A program made the translations under genes and the position numbers. Source: Deltaproteobacteria bacterium CG11_big_fil_rev_8_21_14_0_20_47_16 (lineage in GTDB: Bacteria; UBA10199; GCA-002796325; 1-14-0-20-47-16). From it: a DNA stretch of 64,000 nucleotides. Where the stretch lies: NCBI GenBank assembly GCA_002796325.1, contig PCXA01000007.1, positions 145,780 to 209,779 on the forward strand, written 5' to 3'. Shown piece after piece: positions 48,160 through 58,290 of the stretch (positions are counted from its first letter, which is position 1; the number at the start of each line of letters is the position of its first letter). Below the pieces are notes generated by a model. The model was not told the origin of the DNA. It made no database searches and saw only the letters and a list, made by a program, of their open reading frames with translations.

Positions 48160-51081
48160 TTATTTTTCTAGCATTTCTGGTGCAAATCCACGTCTCATCG
48201 TGTTTTCCGAAATGTTGCGTGGTTCCATAAATTGCAGCAAGTAATCTGGACCACCTGCTTTACTACCCACACCTGACAACTTAAATCCACCAAAAGGGTG
48301 GCGGTGCACAATGGCGCCGGTGCACGGACGATTGATATATAAATTACCCACATTAAAATCACGTTTAGCGATTTCAATGTTGATCGGTGAGCGCGAATAG
48401 ACACCGCCTGTCAATGCGAACGGCGTACCATTTGCAATAGCAATGGCGTCTTCAAATGTTTTAACTTTAATGATGGCAAGGACGGGTCCAAAAATTTCCT
48501 CTTGGGCAATGCTGTGGTCAGGTTTCACATCAGTAAAGATGGTAGGTGGTACAAAATATCCATCTGTTGGAACGCTTCCCTGATAAATCATGTGTGATTG
48601 TTGGCTTCCCTTTTCGATGTAACTCAATATTTTTGTCTGTGCGTCGTGATCAATCACGGGTCCCATGACGGTTTCTGGAACTATGGGGTCACCAATGACC
48701 ATACTCTTTGTGGCATCCACCAATCGTTCCACAAAGCGGTCATAATTTTCTTCCAGCACAATAGCGCGTGAGCAGGCAGAACATTTCTGTCCCGAAAATC
48801 CAAATGCGGATTTTAAAACACCTGCTACCGCTTCATCCAAATCAGCATCCGCATCGACGATAATGGCATTTTTACCACCCATCTCAGCAACGATGCGTTT
48901 GACGTGATCTTGCTGGGCTTCAAAATGATTGGCATGTTGAATGATGGACAGTCCCACTTCACGCGATCCTGTGAATGTCACAAATGAAGTATGACTATTT
49001 TCTACTAAATAGTTTCCAACCACTGATCCCTTACCCGGTAAAAAATTTAAAACACCATCGGGTAGGCCCGCTTCTGTGAAGAGCGCCATGAGTTGCGTGC
49101 CAACAATCGTGGATTGTTCAGACGGTTTATAAATAATACAATTACCCGTCACAAGTCCTGCGGCCACCATGCCCATCGAAATAGCGAGTGGAAAATTCCA
49201 TGGTGCAATGACGACACCGACACCTTTGGGAATGTAGTGATACCAGTTGGTTTCACCTGGAACACTGCCGCTCATATCACCAGAAGCGATGCGCTCCATC
49301 TCTTGTGCGTAATAGCGTAGAAAATCGATCGCCTCGCAGACATCGGCATCTGCTTCAGCCCAGGGTTTACCCACTTCTAATACTTGCATTGCGGATAGCT
49401 CGAATCGTCGTGATTCTGCAATGTCTGCGGCATTGCGCAAAATAGTGGCACGTTCTTTTACTGGAACATAGCGCCACGTTTGAAATGCCTTCTGTGCGGC
49501 AGCAATGGCTTGGTCGGCATGCATCGTATCGGCCATCGCATAGGTGCCAATGATTTGGTCGGGATGTGTGGGATTGACAGAGGTATTGCGTGTCTTACTA
49601 TCAATTGATTTTCCCCCAATGATGAGCGGATAGTGTCTGCCCAATTGGGATTTTACGCTTCGCAATGCTGCGATCATTTTGTCACGTTGATTGGCATCCC
49701 CAAAATCAGCCACAGCGATGTTGGCAAAGCTTGTATGGGGGGGTGTCCACGACTTATTCTTTGCAACGGGTGTAGCAAGTAACGTATCGATACTGGTCTC
49801 GTCAGCAAAACTCATTTTAAGCCAGGATTCATTTGATGTATTTTCAAGCAATCGTCTTACTAGATACGCCATGCCGGGAATAAGTGCGCCAACCGGTGCG
49901 TATTCACGTACCTGATATCCCATTTGAATAATGGCCTGCTTGATGGGTTCTGCCATGCCGAAGAGTGTTTGAAATTCAAACGCGTTGGCATCAAGCCCGC
50001 AGTCTTTGGCGCAGACCATTGCATGTGCAATACTGCGGACATTGTGACTTGCAATGGCGGCGCCCACATAAGTATTATTTTGCAAGAGTAGGGCGGTGAT
50101 GCGTTCAAAACTTGCATCCGTGTCAGCTTTGTTAATGAATACGGGACATGGCCAATCTTTCTGTGAGGCGTTCAAGGCTTCGTAATCCCAGTAGGCACCC
50201 TTTACCAATCGTACCGTGATGCGGACGTTCTGTTCTTTTGTCCATGCGATGAGATCTGCCACATCACGTTCGGTGTCACGCAGGTAAGCCTGCATCGCAA
50301 TGCCCGCAAGGGTATAGCCCGCCATGCTGGGATCACTCACCACATCTTTGAATGCCTGTAGCGTTACAGCTTTGTGCGCGTAGCTTTCCATATCCAAGTT
50401 GATGAAAACGCCCAATTCTTTGGCCAATTGAAATATGGGCAAGAGTCGTTTTTTCAATTCTGAAACAGTGTGGTCAAATGCAGCAGGATTAATTTGCGAG
50501 TATATCGCAGATAGTTTGACAGATACGTTAAGAGGTTTGCGAATTTTTTCAGCAGATTTCCATTTGGGAACTTCAGCATGCAATGTGCGAATGATATTTA
50601 AATACTCATTTTGGTAATGGCGCGACTCTGTTTCTGATAATGCCGCTTCGCCCAAAATATCAACAGTGAATGCATAACCATTGTCTGTGATTTTATGGAG
50701 ACCTTTGAGTGCATCATTTGCATTTTCACCCACAATAAATTGGCGCGCCATTTGTTCGATGTTTTTCTTAATGGCAGTGCCCGCAATTTTGGACCCAATC
50801 CCTGTTGCGGCAATGGACCCAATGCCCCACTGAAAAAATGGAGGCAGCTCCTGACCATCCCCCATAAAATATTCTTTCAGGTGTTTGCCGACTTGTTCGG
50901 AAGAGTTCAAATAGGGAAGGACGTCAACAAAGCGAAACAGAGAAACTTTGAATTCGGGTTTTTGCATGGCCCAATCCATCATTTTTCCAGTCCACCAACT
51001 TTTATCGAAGATGGATGCCTTTTGGCCCTTCATGGCATCCAAAATGCGCTTACCTGTTTCGAAAATCTGATCTTGTGACAT
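48160..51081 (-). CDS. putA: Bifunctional proline dehydrogenase / L-glutamate-gamma-semialdehyde dehydrogenase
   Basis: 973 aa; N-terminal PRODH barrel and C-terminal ALDH; no N-terminal ribbon-helix-helix DNA-binding domain. Confidence 0.9.
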   Translation of the reverse strand: MSQDQIFETGKRILDAMKGQKASIFDKSWWTGKMMDWAMQKPEFKVSLFRFVDVLPYLNSSEQVGKHLKEYFMGDGQELPPFFQWGIGSIAATGIGSKIAGTAIKKNIEQMARQFIVGENANDALKGLHKITDNGYAFTVDILGEAALSETESRHYQNEYLNIIRTLHAEVPKWKSAEKIRKPLNVSVKLSAIYSQINPAAFDHTVSELKKRLLPIFQLAKELGVFINLDMESYAHKAVTLQAFKDVVSDPSMAGYTLAGIAMQAYLRDTERDVADLIAWTKEQNVRITVRLVKGAYWDYEALNASQKDWPCPVFINKADTDASFERITALLLQNNTYVGAAIASHNVRSIAHAMVCAKDCGLDANAFEFQTLFGMAEPIKQAIIQMGYQVREYAPVGALIPGMAYLVRRLLENTSNESWLKMSFADETSIDTLLATPVAKNKSWTPPHTSFANIAVADFGDANQRDKMIAALRSVKSQLGRHYPLIIGGKSIDSKTRNTSVNPTHPDQIIGTYAMADTMHADQAIAAAQKAFQTWRYVPVKERATILRNAADIAESRRFELSAMQVLEVGKPWAEADADVCEAIDFLRYYAQEMERIASGDMSGSVPGETNWYHYIPKGVGVVIAPWNFPLAISMGMVAAGLVTGNCIIYKPSEQSTIVGTQLMALFTEAGLPDGVLNFLPGKGSVVGNYLVENSHTSFVTFTGSREVGLSIIQHANHFEAQQDHVKRIVAEMGGKNAIIVDADADLDEAVAGVLKSAFGFSGQKCSACSRAIVLEENYDRFVERLVDATKSMVIGDPIVPETVMGPVIDHDAQTKILSYIEKGSQQSHMIYQGSVPTDGYFVPPTIFTDVKPDHSIAQEEIFGPVLAIIKVKTFEDAIAIANGTPFALTGGVYSRSPINIEIAKRDFNVGNLYINRPCTGAIVHRHPFGGFKLSGVGSKAGGPDYLLQFMEPRNISENTMRRGFAPEMLEK

Positions 51082-51166
51082 GCCAGCCCCAATGATTTAG
51101 CGATTTTAGGTTGAAAGAGTAAGGCACCTTATGGCACTGCTCGCCACCTAACAGCAAGGAGATCAT

Positions 51167-51571
51167 ATGAAAAAATTTTTAATTGCAGCTGTCGTGATTC
51201 TAACAGTGCCGCTATTGGCACAAGGAGCAACTAAAATGACAAAGCCAGATGGATTGGTGATTGAAGATATCAAAGTGGGTACCGGTGCAATGGCGACCCC
51301 TGGCCATGTTGTAAGCGTGCATTACACAGGTTGGTTAACCAACGGCACCAAGTTTGATAGCTCGGTAGATCGTAAGCAGGCATTTGAATTCCCCTTGGGT
51401 GAAGGGCGCGTCATCAAGGGTTGGGACGAAGGCGTTGCCGGTATGAAAGTGGGCGGTAAGCGCAAACTCACCATTCCACCACAATTGGGGTATGGCGCAC
51501 GTGGTGCGGGTGCGGTCATTCCGCCAAACGCAACTCTCGTATTTGATGTGGAATTGTTGGGTGTGAAGTAA
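51167..51571 (+). CDS. Secreted FKBP-type peptidyl-prolyl cis-trans isomerase
   Basis: Signal peptide; [16 protein letters not shown] and [21 protein letters not shown] motifs. Confidence 0.85.
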   Translation: MKKFLIAAVVILTVPLLAQGATKMTKPDGLVIEDIKVGTGAMATPGHVVSVHYTGWLTNGTKFDSSVDRKQAFEFPLGEGRVIKGWDEGVAGMKVGGKRKLTIPPQLGYGARGAGAVIPPNATLVFDVELLGVK

Positions 51572-51579
51572 GGTAAAAG

Positions 51580-51612
51580 CCCCGGTTATCTTTTAGATGA
51601 CCGGGGTTTTTT
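51580..51612. terminator. Intrinsic terminator after FKBP gene
   Basis: CCCCGGT / ACCGGGG stem, 13-nt loop, TTTTTT. Confidence 0.7.
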
Positions 51613-52231
51613 GATTATCCGGATTAAAAAACTGCAAGGAAAAGCCCGCAAATGAAGCTGTAGCCCCCCCTGTTTCGGCAAACAGTGCACAGATTCCACC
51701 AACAAAGGCAGTTGCATATCCCAAGGCTTTAAATGTTGGCGATGTCCACCAAGCCCTCGTGATAGATACAGGAGACTTCTCCCGAAAGAGAGAAAGTTGA
51801 ACAGGTACTGTCGCTGGCCTTTTGCTGCGCACCACAGCAGGTGTCGGTGGTGGAGGTGGAGGTGGCTGACAGTCATCGGGGTGGTCGTCGAGATACTGTC
51901 GCGCAACACGATGTCTGAATTCCGCTTTTTCCTGTGGTGTGCTGAAGCGATGAGAGTGCGCCTGCCTAAAATTTGAGTCTGCAGCCCAACTCATCGGACG
52001 TCTGGATGTTGATTCCCAACGCCAATTTGCTGCCTCATAGGAACTATTTCTGGCGGGTTGACGTATCATATTGGTATCAAGATTCGAAAAATCCACTAGA
52101 TCATCGTACCGCGAATTCCAATCGATTCTAGATCCACCATTCGACCGTTCACCACACAACGCATTAATGCAGCTTGGAAGGTTTTGAAAGCATCCTTGAG
52201 GGGGAGTTGCATTGTTTGGCGGTATACCCAT
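51593..52231 (-). CDS. Hypothetical Pro-rich protein with C-terminal hydrophobic anchor
   Basis: Good RBS (AAAGAGAGGA); CxxxxxxxCxxxC near N-terminus, PPPPPPPTP tract, C-terminal hydrophobic segment. Confidence 0.5.
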   Translation of the reverse strand: MGIPPNNATPPQGCFQNLPSCINALCGERSNGGSRIDWNSRYDDLVDFSNLDTNMIRQPARNSSYEAANWRWESTSRRPMSWAADSNFRQAHSHRFSTPQEKAEFRHRVARQYLDDHPDDCQPPPPPPPTPAVVRSKRPATVPVQLSLFREKSPVSITRAWWTSPTFKALGYATAFVGGICALFAETGGATASFAGFSLQFFNPDNQKTPVI

Positions 52232-52356
52232 AATAAGAGTCCTCTCTTTACTCTGTTAGGGTATCGGCTGTCATGTGAAAAGGTTGCTATGGTTACTAAA
52301 ATATAGATATCAACCATCTAATTTTTATATGTTTTCTATGATTGTGCTTCTGTGGG

Positions 52357-52947
52357 TTATTTTCGCCCAGTTGCGACAATATAGACTTCGGTTGATCCCT
52401 TACGGGTAGCCTGGGTATGAACGATCTGGGCTTTTTGGAAGTGGGGGCGAATGGCCTCGAGTAATTTGGGAGTGTCTTCACCAAACAGCAACTTAATGAC
52501 CAAATTTCCGCCGGGTCGGAGGAGCTCTTGCGCCCACTGCCAGGCCAGTTCACCCAAATCGTAGGATCGACACTGGTCCTGAAACTTAACACCGCTGGTG
52601 TTGGGTGCCATGTCGGATAGGACGCAGTCATAAGTGGGGCTGTGCTCACGAGCGGCAAAATAGGTGGCGTTGGCCTCTAAATCTGCCTGAATCACACGAA
52701 TATTGCCCGCAGATTGAATTTTGACCGGTAAACGGTCAATTCCTACGACAATTCCGCTTGAACCGACCTGTTTTGCCACAAATTCCAGCCAACTGCCGGG
52801 TGCACAGCCCAAGTCCAGCACGCTGTCACCTGGCCCAAATAATCTAAATTTTCGATATAATTCTTCGAGTTTGTAGACCGCTCGGCTCGCATGACCCTCA
52901 CGCTTGGCCTTGTCATAATAGTGATCTTTCCGTTTATACTGTGCCAT
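52357..52947 (-). CDS. rlmE: 23S rRNA (uridine2552-2'-O)-methyltransferase RlmE/FtsJ
   Basis: SRAVYKLEEL and DLGCAPGSW motifs. Confidence 0.85.
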   Translation of the reverse strand: MAQYKRKDHYYDKAKREGHASRAVYKLEELYRKFRLFGPGDSVLDLGCAPGSWLEFVAKQVGSSGIVVGIDRLPVKIQSAGNIRVIQADLEANATYFAAREHSPTYDCVLSDMAPNTSGVKFQDQCRSYDLGELAWQWAQELLRPGGNLVIKLLFGEDTPKLLEAIRPHFQKAQIVHTQATRKGSTEVYIVATGRK

Positions 52948-53107
52948 AGAATTATTTGCGCCTTCTCACACAACTTTTACCCAAATCCAGCCGATAATAC
53001 AATTGAGGGTAGTGTTTGTTCCCCACTTTGGGGCCAAAACTCCCCACTTCGTTAGGGCGCCTAACACAGGTCCTAATGAGGGGATAGAAAAAAGATAAGG
53101 AAAATCA

Positions 53108-53185
53108 ATGGTTTTAGGCATTCCGATTTCCGTGATTTTTGTTTGGGTACTTGGCCTGGCTTTTGCTTATCTAGCAGGTAGGTAA
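53108..53185 (+). CDS. Possible small ORF encoding a 25-aa hydrophobic peptide
   Basis: ATG preceded by AAGGA at about 9 nt; single predicted TM helix; below ORF-track size cutoff. Confidence 0.3.
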   Translation: MVLGIPISVIFVWVLGLAFAYLAGR

Positions 53186-53224
53186 GTTGGCCCATGGTGG
53201 GCCAGCCAATATAAAGAGGATGTT

Positions 53225-53533
53225 ATGGCAATGATCGTTCCAAAAATTCCAGCAAGTTCTGCAGAGGCCATTCGCGTGGCCCAGCAGATTATGACTGGCG
53301 AACCATCAGCGGACGCTACATCGATGACAGAATGTGGTGTAAGCGAATTTGCCGCTCGTGGTTTGGTGCGATCTTCAGGTCAGGGGCGTGTTGCAGGTTC
53401 TATGTGGGCACCCAAGGCCAAAGTGGGACCAGACTACGATCGACTGGCTGCATTTATTGATTCATTACCAGCTGAGTTGCAGGCCGATGTGATGGTAGCG
53501 ATTGCGCAAGATGCGTTTAAGGGGGCCATATGA
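53225..53533 (+). CDS. Hypothetical protein (102 aa)
   Basis: AAAGAGGA RBS; ATGA overlap with downstream gene; no recognisable motif. Confidence 0.5.
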   Translation: MAMIVPKIPASSAEAIRVAQQIMTGEPSADATSMTECGVSEFAARGLVRSSGQGRVAGSMWAPKAKVGPDYDRLAAFIDSLPAELQADVMVAIAQDAFKGAI

Positions 53534-53838
53534 AGCAGACATGGACACGTGAGTCATTAACCAAATTGACAGAAGCCCTGATTGTGCGTGGGAGCAAGGC
53601 ACTGACCAATCGCCATTTTCGTACCAAGTTGGATCGTGATCAGAATTTGTTCATGAATCAGATTGTACGCGAAGCCAATGGGAATATTGCGTACAAGTCG
53701 GTGGACTTTGATTTGAATGGTAAAACGGACGAAGAAATCTGGAGCCGTATTGAGCAAACGCCGTATTTGGACGTCATTGAAGAGAATGCGGCCGTGGCAA
53801 TCATCAAGATGGCAGAGAAACTTAAATTAGTGAAATAA
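53530..53838 (+). CDS. Hypothetical protein (102 aa)
   Basis: Translationally coupled to the previous gene; no recognisable motif. Confidence 0.5.
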   Translation: MKQTWTRESLTKLTEALIVRGSKALTNRHFRTKLDRDQNLFMNQIVREANGNIAYKSVDFDLNGKTDEEIWSRIEQTPYLDVIEENAAVAIIKMAEKLKLVK

Positions 53839-53986
53839 TTGTGTGACAGACGCAACTTTTTCAAAAATTTGCCGATAATATAATTAGAAGGTCAAAAACT
53901 TAATAACCCGGGGGAGTGAGAAAGGTTTTTTATGAAGCTCTTCCGGTTTTTTAATGTTTGGATGTGGTGTATTCGCAGCTAGAGCT

Positions 53987-54023
53987 AAAAAGGCCAACGC
54001 CCTAATAGGGGCTTGGCCTTTTT
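53987..54023. terminator. Stem-loop / terminator between the hypothetical genes and tRNA-Phe
   Basis: AAAAAGGCCAA ... TTGGCCTTTTT stem with inner CCCT/AGGG helix; U-run on both strands. Confidence 0.5.
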
Positions 54024-54044
54024 GTTTGTGGCAAATGCGCTGCT

Positions 54045-54120
54045 TGGTGGACAGGGAGGGAATCGAACCCCCGACACGAGGATTTTCAATCCTCTGCTCT
54101 ACCGACTGAGCTACCTGTCC
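54045..54120 (-). tRNA. tRNA-Phe (anticodon GAA)
   Basis: Hand-folded cloverleaf: acceptor GGACAGG/CCTGTCC, D-arm GCTCAGTCGGTAGAGC, anticodon loop TTGAAAA, T-arm GGGGGTTCGATTCCCTC, encoded CCA; 76 nt. Confidence 0.9.
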
Positions 54121-54438
54121 CGATAGGGAGCGGCGTCATTAGTATAGGACGCAATTTGAGTCAAGATTTGGCTGAATAGGTTTTGGAAATAAAGAAGATA
54201 CATAGCAAGTTGCAAGAATCGTCATGAAGGAAGTAGGTGTGACTTGCTGATATTGCTCATGGATTTGGCAAAAATTGGGGGAGTGGTGGCGTAATTGACG
54301 CCTGCAGTTTGGTGTGATATAAGGCGCACCAAGTTTTTCGGCAGAAATCGCCACAACGTCTTGAATTTGAAGACTTATGTCGGTCTATTTTTTGACCAGG
54401 CTTTAGGAGATTTTTACCCAATTTTAAGGAGGTTTTGA

Positions 54439-54942
54439 ATGAGCAAGAGATCACAAGAGTTCAAAGTAGGCGATATCGCAGTTTATCCCGCACATGGTGT
54501 GGCAAAGATCTCGAGCATTGAGAGCCGTGAGATTATGGGCATGAAGCAAAAGTTCTACATCTTGAGTATCTTGGACAATGGCATGACGATCATGGTGCCA
54601 ACGGGTAATGTCAAGGCCGTGGGCTTGCGCGAGGTCATTGGCAAAGAAGAAGTGGATGCGGTTTATGCCATTTTACAAGAACGCGACATTGCCATTGATA
54701 ACCAGACCTGGAATCGCCGCTATCGCGAATACATGGACAAGATTAAAACGGGTTCGGTTTATGAAATTGCCGAAGTCATGCGCGATTTGTCACTGTTACG
54801 CTTCGATAAGGAACTTTCATTCGGTGAACGTAAAATGCTAGACACCGCACGTAGCTTGATTATCAAAGAATTGGCAATTGCCCAGAAGAAGGATGAAGCC
54901 AAGATTGCAGAAGAAATTGATACGATTTTTGAAGCTGCTTAA
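54439..54942 (+). CDS. carD: CarD/CdnL-family RNA-polymerase-binding transcription factor
   Basis: FKVGDIAVYPAHGVAKI Tudor-like N-terminus; AAGGAGG RBS. Confidence 0.85.
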   Translation: MSKRSQEFKVGDIAVYPAHGVAKISSIESREIMGMKQKFYILSILDNGMTIMVPTGNVKAVGLREVIGKEEVDAVYAILQERDIAIDNQTWNRRYREYMDKIKTGSVYEIAEVMRDLSLLRFDKELSFGERKMLDTARSLIIKELAIAQKKDEAKIAEEIDTIFEAA

Positions 54943-54962
54943 TTGTCCCCCCAAATGAGAAG

Positions 54963-54996
54963 GGCCCGTTGAATTACCATTCAACGGGCCTTTTTT
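54963..54996 (+). terminator. Intrinsic terminator after carD
   Basis: 12-bp stem GGCCCGTTGAAT / ATTCAACGGGCC, 4-nt loop, TTTTTT. Confidence 0.85.
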
Positions 54997-55023
54997 ATTG
55001 CGTTTCATGAGCGACCGCTCTAG

Positions 55024-55728
55024 ATGTCCCGCACGTTTATGAGCGTTACAGCCATTATTCCTGCAGCAGGCCAAGGTACCCGTATGGGTGCCACTCTCCC
55101 TAAGTCACTGATACCGATTGCTGGTGTTCCATTGGTTATTCATACACTGCGTCGATTTGATGCGGCGCCCTCTATTGATGAAGTGGTGATTGTGGCATCC
55201 CGGCAAGTGATGGAGCAGCTCCCAGAGTTGCTTGAGTCTTATGGCATTGAAAAAGTTACAACCGTAGTTTTGGGTGGAAAAGAACGTCAGGATTCTGTGC
55301 GTATCGGATTTGAAAATTGTGATGCAGATAACTGTGATGTTGTCGTGGTGCATGATGCGGCACGCCCATTGGTGACACCAGAAGAAATTGATGCGGTGGT
55401 GACGGCCGCGCGCGAATCAGGTGCCGCCATTTTAGGAGCACCACTAAAAGAAACAATTAAACAAGTTACGGGTGAAACGATTGATAAGACAATTGATCGT
55501 AGCCTGTTGTGGGGTGCGCAAACGCCACAGGCATTTCGATATGAAATCTTTGCAAGAGCTGTTTCAGAATCTGTAAGTGCAGAATTTTTAGGAACAGATG
55601 AGGCTAGTATTGTAGAGCGAATTGGAATTCCAGTGACGATGGTGCGAGGAAGCTATCGCAACATCAAGGTGACAACGCAAGAAGATGCCGATATTGCTGC
55701 CATGTGGTTGGCAAAGGAGATGCTATGA
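55024..55728 (+). CDS. ispD: 2-C-methyl-D-erythritol 4-phosphate cytidylyltransferase
   Basis: IIPAAGQGTRMG motif; start 55024 or 55039. Confidence 0.85.
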   Translation: MSRTFMSVTAIIPAAGQGTRMGATLPKSLIPIAGVPLVIHTLRRFDAAPSIDEVVIVASRQVMEQLPELLESYGIEKVTTVVLGGKERQDSVRIGFENCDADNCDVVVVHDAARPLVTPEEIDAVVTAARESGAAILGAPLKETIKQVTGETIDKTIDRSLLWGAQTPQAFRYEIFARAVSESVSAEFLGTDEASIVERIGIPVTMVRGSYRNIKVTTQEDADIAAMWLAKEML

Positions 55729-55730
55729 GC

Positions 55731-56204
55731 ATGCGTGTGGGAATGGGTTATGATATTCACAAGATGTCGCCAGGGCGCCCGTGTATTTTGGGTGGGGTTA
55801 CCATTCCGTCGCCATTGGGTCCGGAGGGTCATTCAGATGCAGACGTTGTCATCCATGCCTTGATGGATGCAATGTTGGGTGCACTAGGGCAAGGTGATAT
55901 TGGTCAGCATTTTCCCAATACAGATCCAAAATACAAAGATGCCAACAGCATGGAGTTGCTGTCACATATTATGAAAATCGTCGTACAGCGCGGCTATCGT
56001 GTGGTGAATTGCGATATTATGGTCATTGCAGAAGAACCAAGAATGGGACCCCATATTCCAGAAATGCGCACGGTTATTGCGAAGGCGCTTGCCGTTGGGA
56101 CAACCAGTGTGAGTGTGAAAGCCACAACCAATGAGGGCTTGGGGGCAATCGGTCGTAAAGAGGGCATTGCTGCGCAGGCCGTGTGTCTTTTAGAAACTCT
56201 ATGA
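55731..56204 (+). CDS. ispF: 2-C-methyl-D-erythritol 2,4-cyclodiphosphate synthase
   Basis: GMGYDIHKM and GHSDADV motifs; AAAGGAGA RBS; start 55725 or 55731, overlapping ispD stop. Confidence 0.9.
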   Translation: MRVGMGYDIHKMSPGRPCILGGVTIPSPLGPEGHSDADVVIHALMDAMLGALGQGDIGQHFPNTDPKYKDANSMELLSHIMKIVVQRGYRVVNCDIMVIAEEPRMGPHIPEMRTVIAKALAVGTTSVSVKATTNEGLGAIGRKEGIAAQAVCLLETL

Positions 56205-57652
56205 CGTTACAACTCTATAATACATTAAAACGTAAAAAAGAAGAATTTAAGCCGATTACACCTGGGCAGGTGAAGATGTACGTCTGCGGTGTGACAGTGT
56301 GGGATTATTGCCACTTGGGTCATGCACGCGCAGCCGTAACGTTTGATATGGTCGTTCGGTATCTGCGCTATTTGGGAAATAAAGTCACCTATGTGCGGAA
56401 CTTCACCGATGTGGATGATAAAATTATTAATCGTGCCAACAAAGAAAAGCGTGATTGGAAGGAGTTGGCGCAATTTTATATCGATGATTACGAAAAATCC
56501 ATGTCGCTGCTGGGTTGCGAATCGCCCAGTGATGAACCCAAGGCCAGTGAGTACATTCAGAACATGCAGGACATGATTGCGCAGTTGATCGACAACGGCC
56601 ATGCCTATGCCGCCAGTGGTGATGTATTCTATGCGGTGCGGTCATTTAATGGGTACGGCAAACTGTCGGGCAAAAAAATTGATGATTTGGAAAGTGGTGC
56701 GCGTGTTGAAGTGGGGGAAACGAAGCGTGACCCGCTGGACTTTGCACTGTGGAAGGCAGCCAAGCCAGGGGAACCTGCCTGGAAAAGCCCGTGGGGCGAG
56801 GGTCGGCCAGGATGGCATATTGAATGCTCATGCATGGCGAAGGCATTGTTGGGAGACACGTTTGATATTCATGGTGGTGGTCGCGATTTGATTTTCCCCC
56901 ATCATGAAAATGAAATTGCGCAATCCGAAGGGGCGAACGGTTGTGAGTTTGCACGTTATTGGATGCACAATGGAACGCTCGATATTGATTCTGAAAAAAT
57001 GAGCAAGTCGCTGGGCAATTATTTTACCGTACATGATGTGCTCAAAAATTATGATCCTGAAGTCGTGCGTTATTTCTTGCTCTCGGCCAATTATCGTTCG
57101 CCTTTGAATTACACGACGCAGGCGCTGGATGATGCGAAGAAGGCGCTCGATAAAATTTATGAGACGTCCGCACGTGTTAAATCAAATAGTGCGGGTCCTG
57201 CCGCCGATGGGAATCCCACTTTCGCTGCGGCTCAAGCGGGATCCCTCCCCTCGGCGTCACCCGCGCACATGTGGTTTCAGAAATTTACCGATGCCCTCAA
57301 TGATGATTTCAACACCCCCAAGGCCTATGCAGTAATCTTCGATGCTGTACGCGATGTGAATCGTGGGGATGCAGATGCGGTTGCGGCATGGCCACGGTTT
57401 ATTGAAGTGGTGTCAGAAACATTGGGGTTTGCAGGAAGCAATGCAGATGCCTATATAGAGCGCCAGACCCAGCTTGCCACGCAAAAATCGGGCGTGGATC
57501 CCGCTCAAATTGAGCAACTCCTGGCCGATCGCAAGGCCGCACGCGCTGCAAAGGACTTCAAAAAATCCGATGAAATTCGGGATCAGTTGACTGCTATGGG
57601 GGTCACCATCAAAGACCGTCCCGATGGCACGACCGAGTGGAAACTTAGTTAG
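56201..57652 (+). CDS. cysS: Cysteine--tRNA ligase
   Basis: HLGHAR (HIGH-type) and KMSKSLGN motifs; ATGA overlap with ispF. Confidence 0.9.
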   Translation: MTLQLYNTLKRKKEEFKPITPGQVKMYVCGVTVWDYCHLGHARAAVTFDMVVRYLRYLGNKVTYVRNFTDVDDKIINRANKEKRDWKELAQFYIDDYEKSMSLLGCESPSDEPKASEYIQNMQDMIAQLIDNGHAYAASGDVFYAVRSFNGYGKLSGKKIDDLESGARVEVGETKRDPLDFALWKAAKPGEPAWKSPWGEGRPGWHIECSCMAKALLGDTFDIHGGGRDLIFPHHENEIAQSEGANGCEFARYWMHNGTLDIDSEKMSKSLGNYFTVHDVLKNYDPEVVRYFLLSANYRSPLNYTTQALDDAKKALDKIYETSARVKSNSAGPAADGNPTFAAAQAGSLPSASPAHMWFQKFTDALNDDFNTPKAYAVIFDAVRDVNRGDADAVAAWPRFIEVVSETLGFAGSNADAYIERQTQLATQKSGVDPAQIEQLLADRKAARAAKDFKKSDEIRDQLTAMGVTIKDRPDGTTEWKLS

Positions 57653-58290
57653 GATTTAAGCTGTTGAATGGCCTTCGCATAATCCCCAGACTTAAACACC
57701 GCATTCCCTGCAACAAGGATTGATGCGCCAGCATCCAGGAAAAGTTTGAGTGTGTCGGGTGTGACGCCGCCGTCGGCTTGGATTGGAATCGCGTGATTCA
57801 ATTCTTTGAGTTTGTCCCGCACGATCTTCATTTTTTCCAAACAATCGGGGATCATTTTTTGTCCTGCGTAACCCGTTTGTACGGTCATGACCAAAACATA
57901 ATCAGCGAGTGGTAAGTAAGGGAGTAGTTCTTCAACCGGCGTCTTGGCGTCCACAACAATGCCGGCCTTGCAGCCCAGTTTTTGAATGGCTGGCAGTGTG
58001 ACTTTGGGATCGCAGGTTTCCACATGCACCGAAATCATCTGGCAGCCCGCCTTGGCGACGTCTTCAATAATAGCATCGGGATTGGTGACCATTAAGTGCG
58101 CATCAAACGGGAGTTGGGTGGCATTGCGAAGACCCGCAATGACTGGTGGGCCAAAGGTCAAGTTGGGATTGTAATGCCCGTCCATGATATCCCAATGAAT
58201 GATATCGGCGCCGGCGGCTTCAATGGCACGGATTTCATCGCCGAGTTTGGCAAAGTCAGCAGCTAAAATGGATGGCGCGATTTGAATCAT
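57649..58290 (-). CDS. rpe: Ribulose-phosphate 3-epimerase
   Basis: IAPSILAADFAKLG and HWDIMDGHY motifs. Confidence 0.9.
   Translation of the reverse strand: MIQIAPSILAADFAKLGDEIRAIEAAGADIIHWDIMDGHYNPNLTFGPPVIAGLRNATQLPFDAHLMVTNPDAIIEDVAKAGCQMISVHVETCDPKVTLPAIQKLGCKAGIVVDAKTPVEELLPYLPLADYVLVMTVQTGYAGQKMIPDCLEKMKIVRDKLKELNHAIPIQADGGVTPDTLKLFLDAGASILVAGNAVFKSGDYAKAIQQLKS

Noticed and set aside
53932-53982. Aromatic-rich 16-codon mini-ORF as a Phe/Trp attenuation leader peptide
   Set aside because: It resembles pheL/trpL leader peptides, but no aromatic amino-acid biosynthesis operon follows and the adjacent tRNA-Phe is on the opposite strand; kept only as part of the small-gene cluster finding.
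54377-54393. Near-palindrome GTCTTGAATTTGAAGAC upstream of carD as an operator
   Set aside because: Only a 5-bp perfect stem (GTCTT/AAGAC) with one central mismatch; too weak to call without comparative data.
54139-54454. Two minus-strand ORFs (71 aa and 65 aa) in the tRNA-Phe / carD intergenic region
   Set aside because: No RBS, they overlap each other and the likely tRNA and carD promoter region; treated as non-coding.
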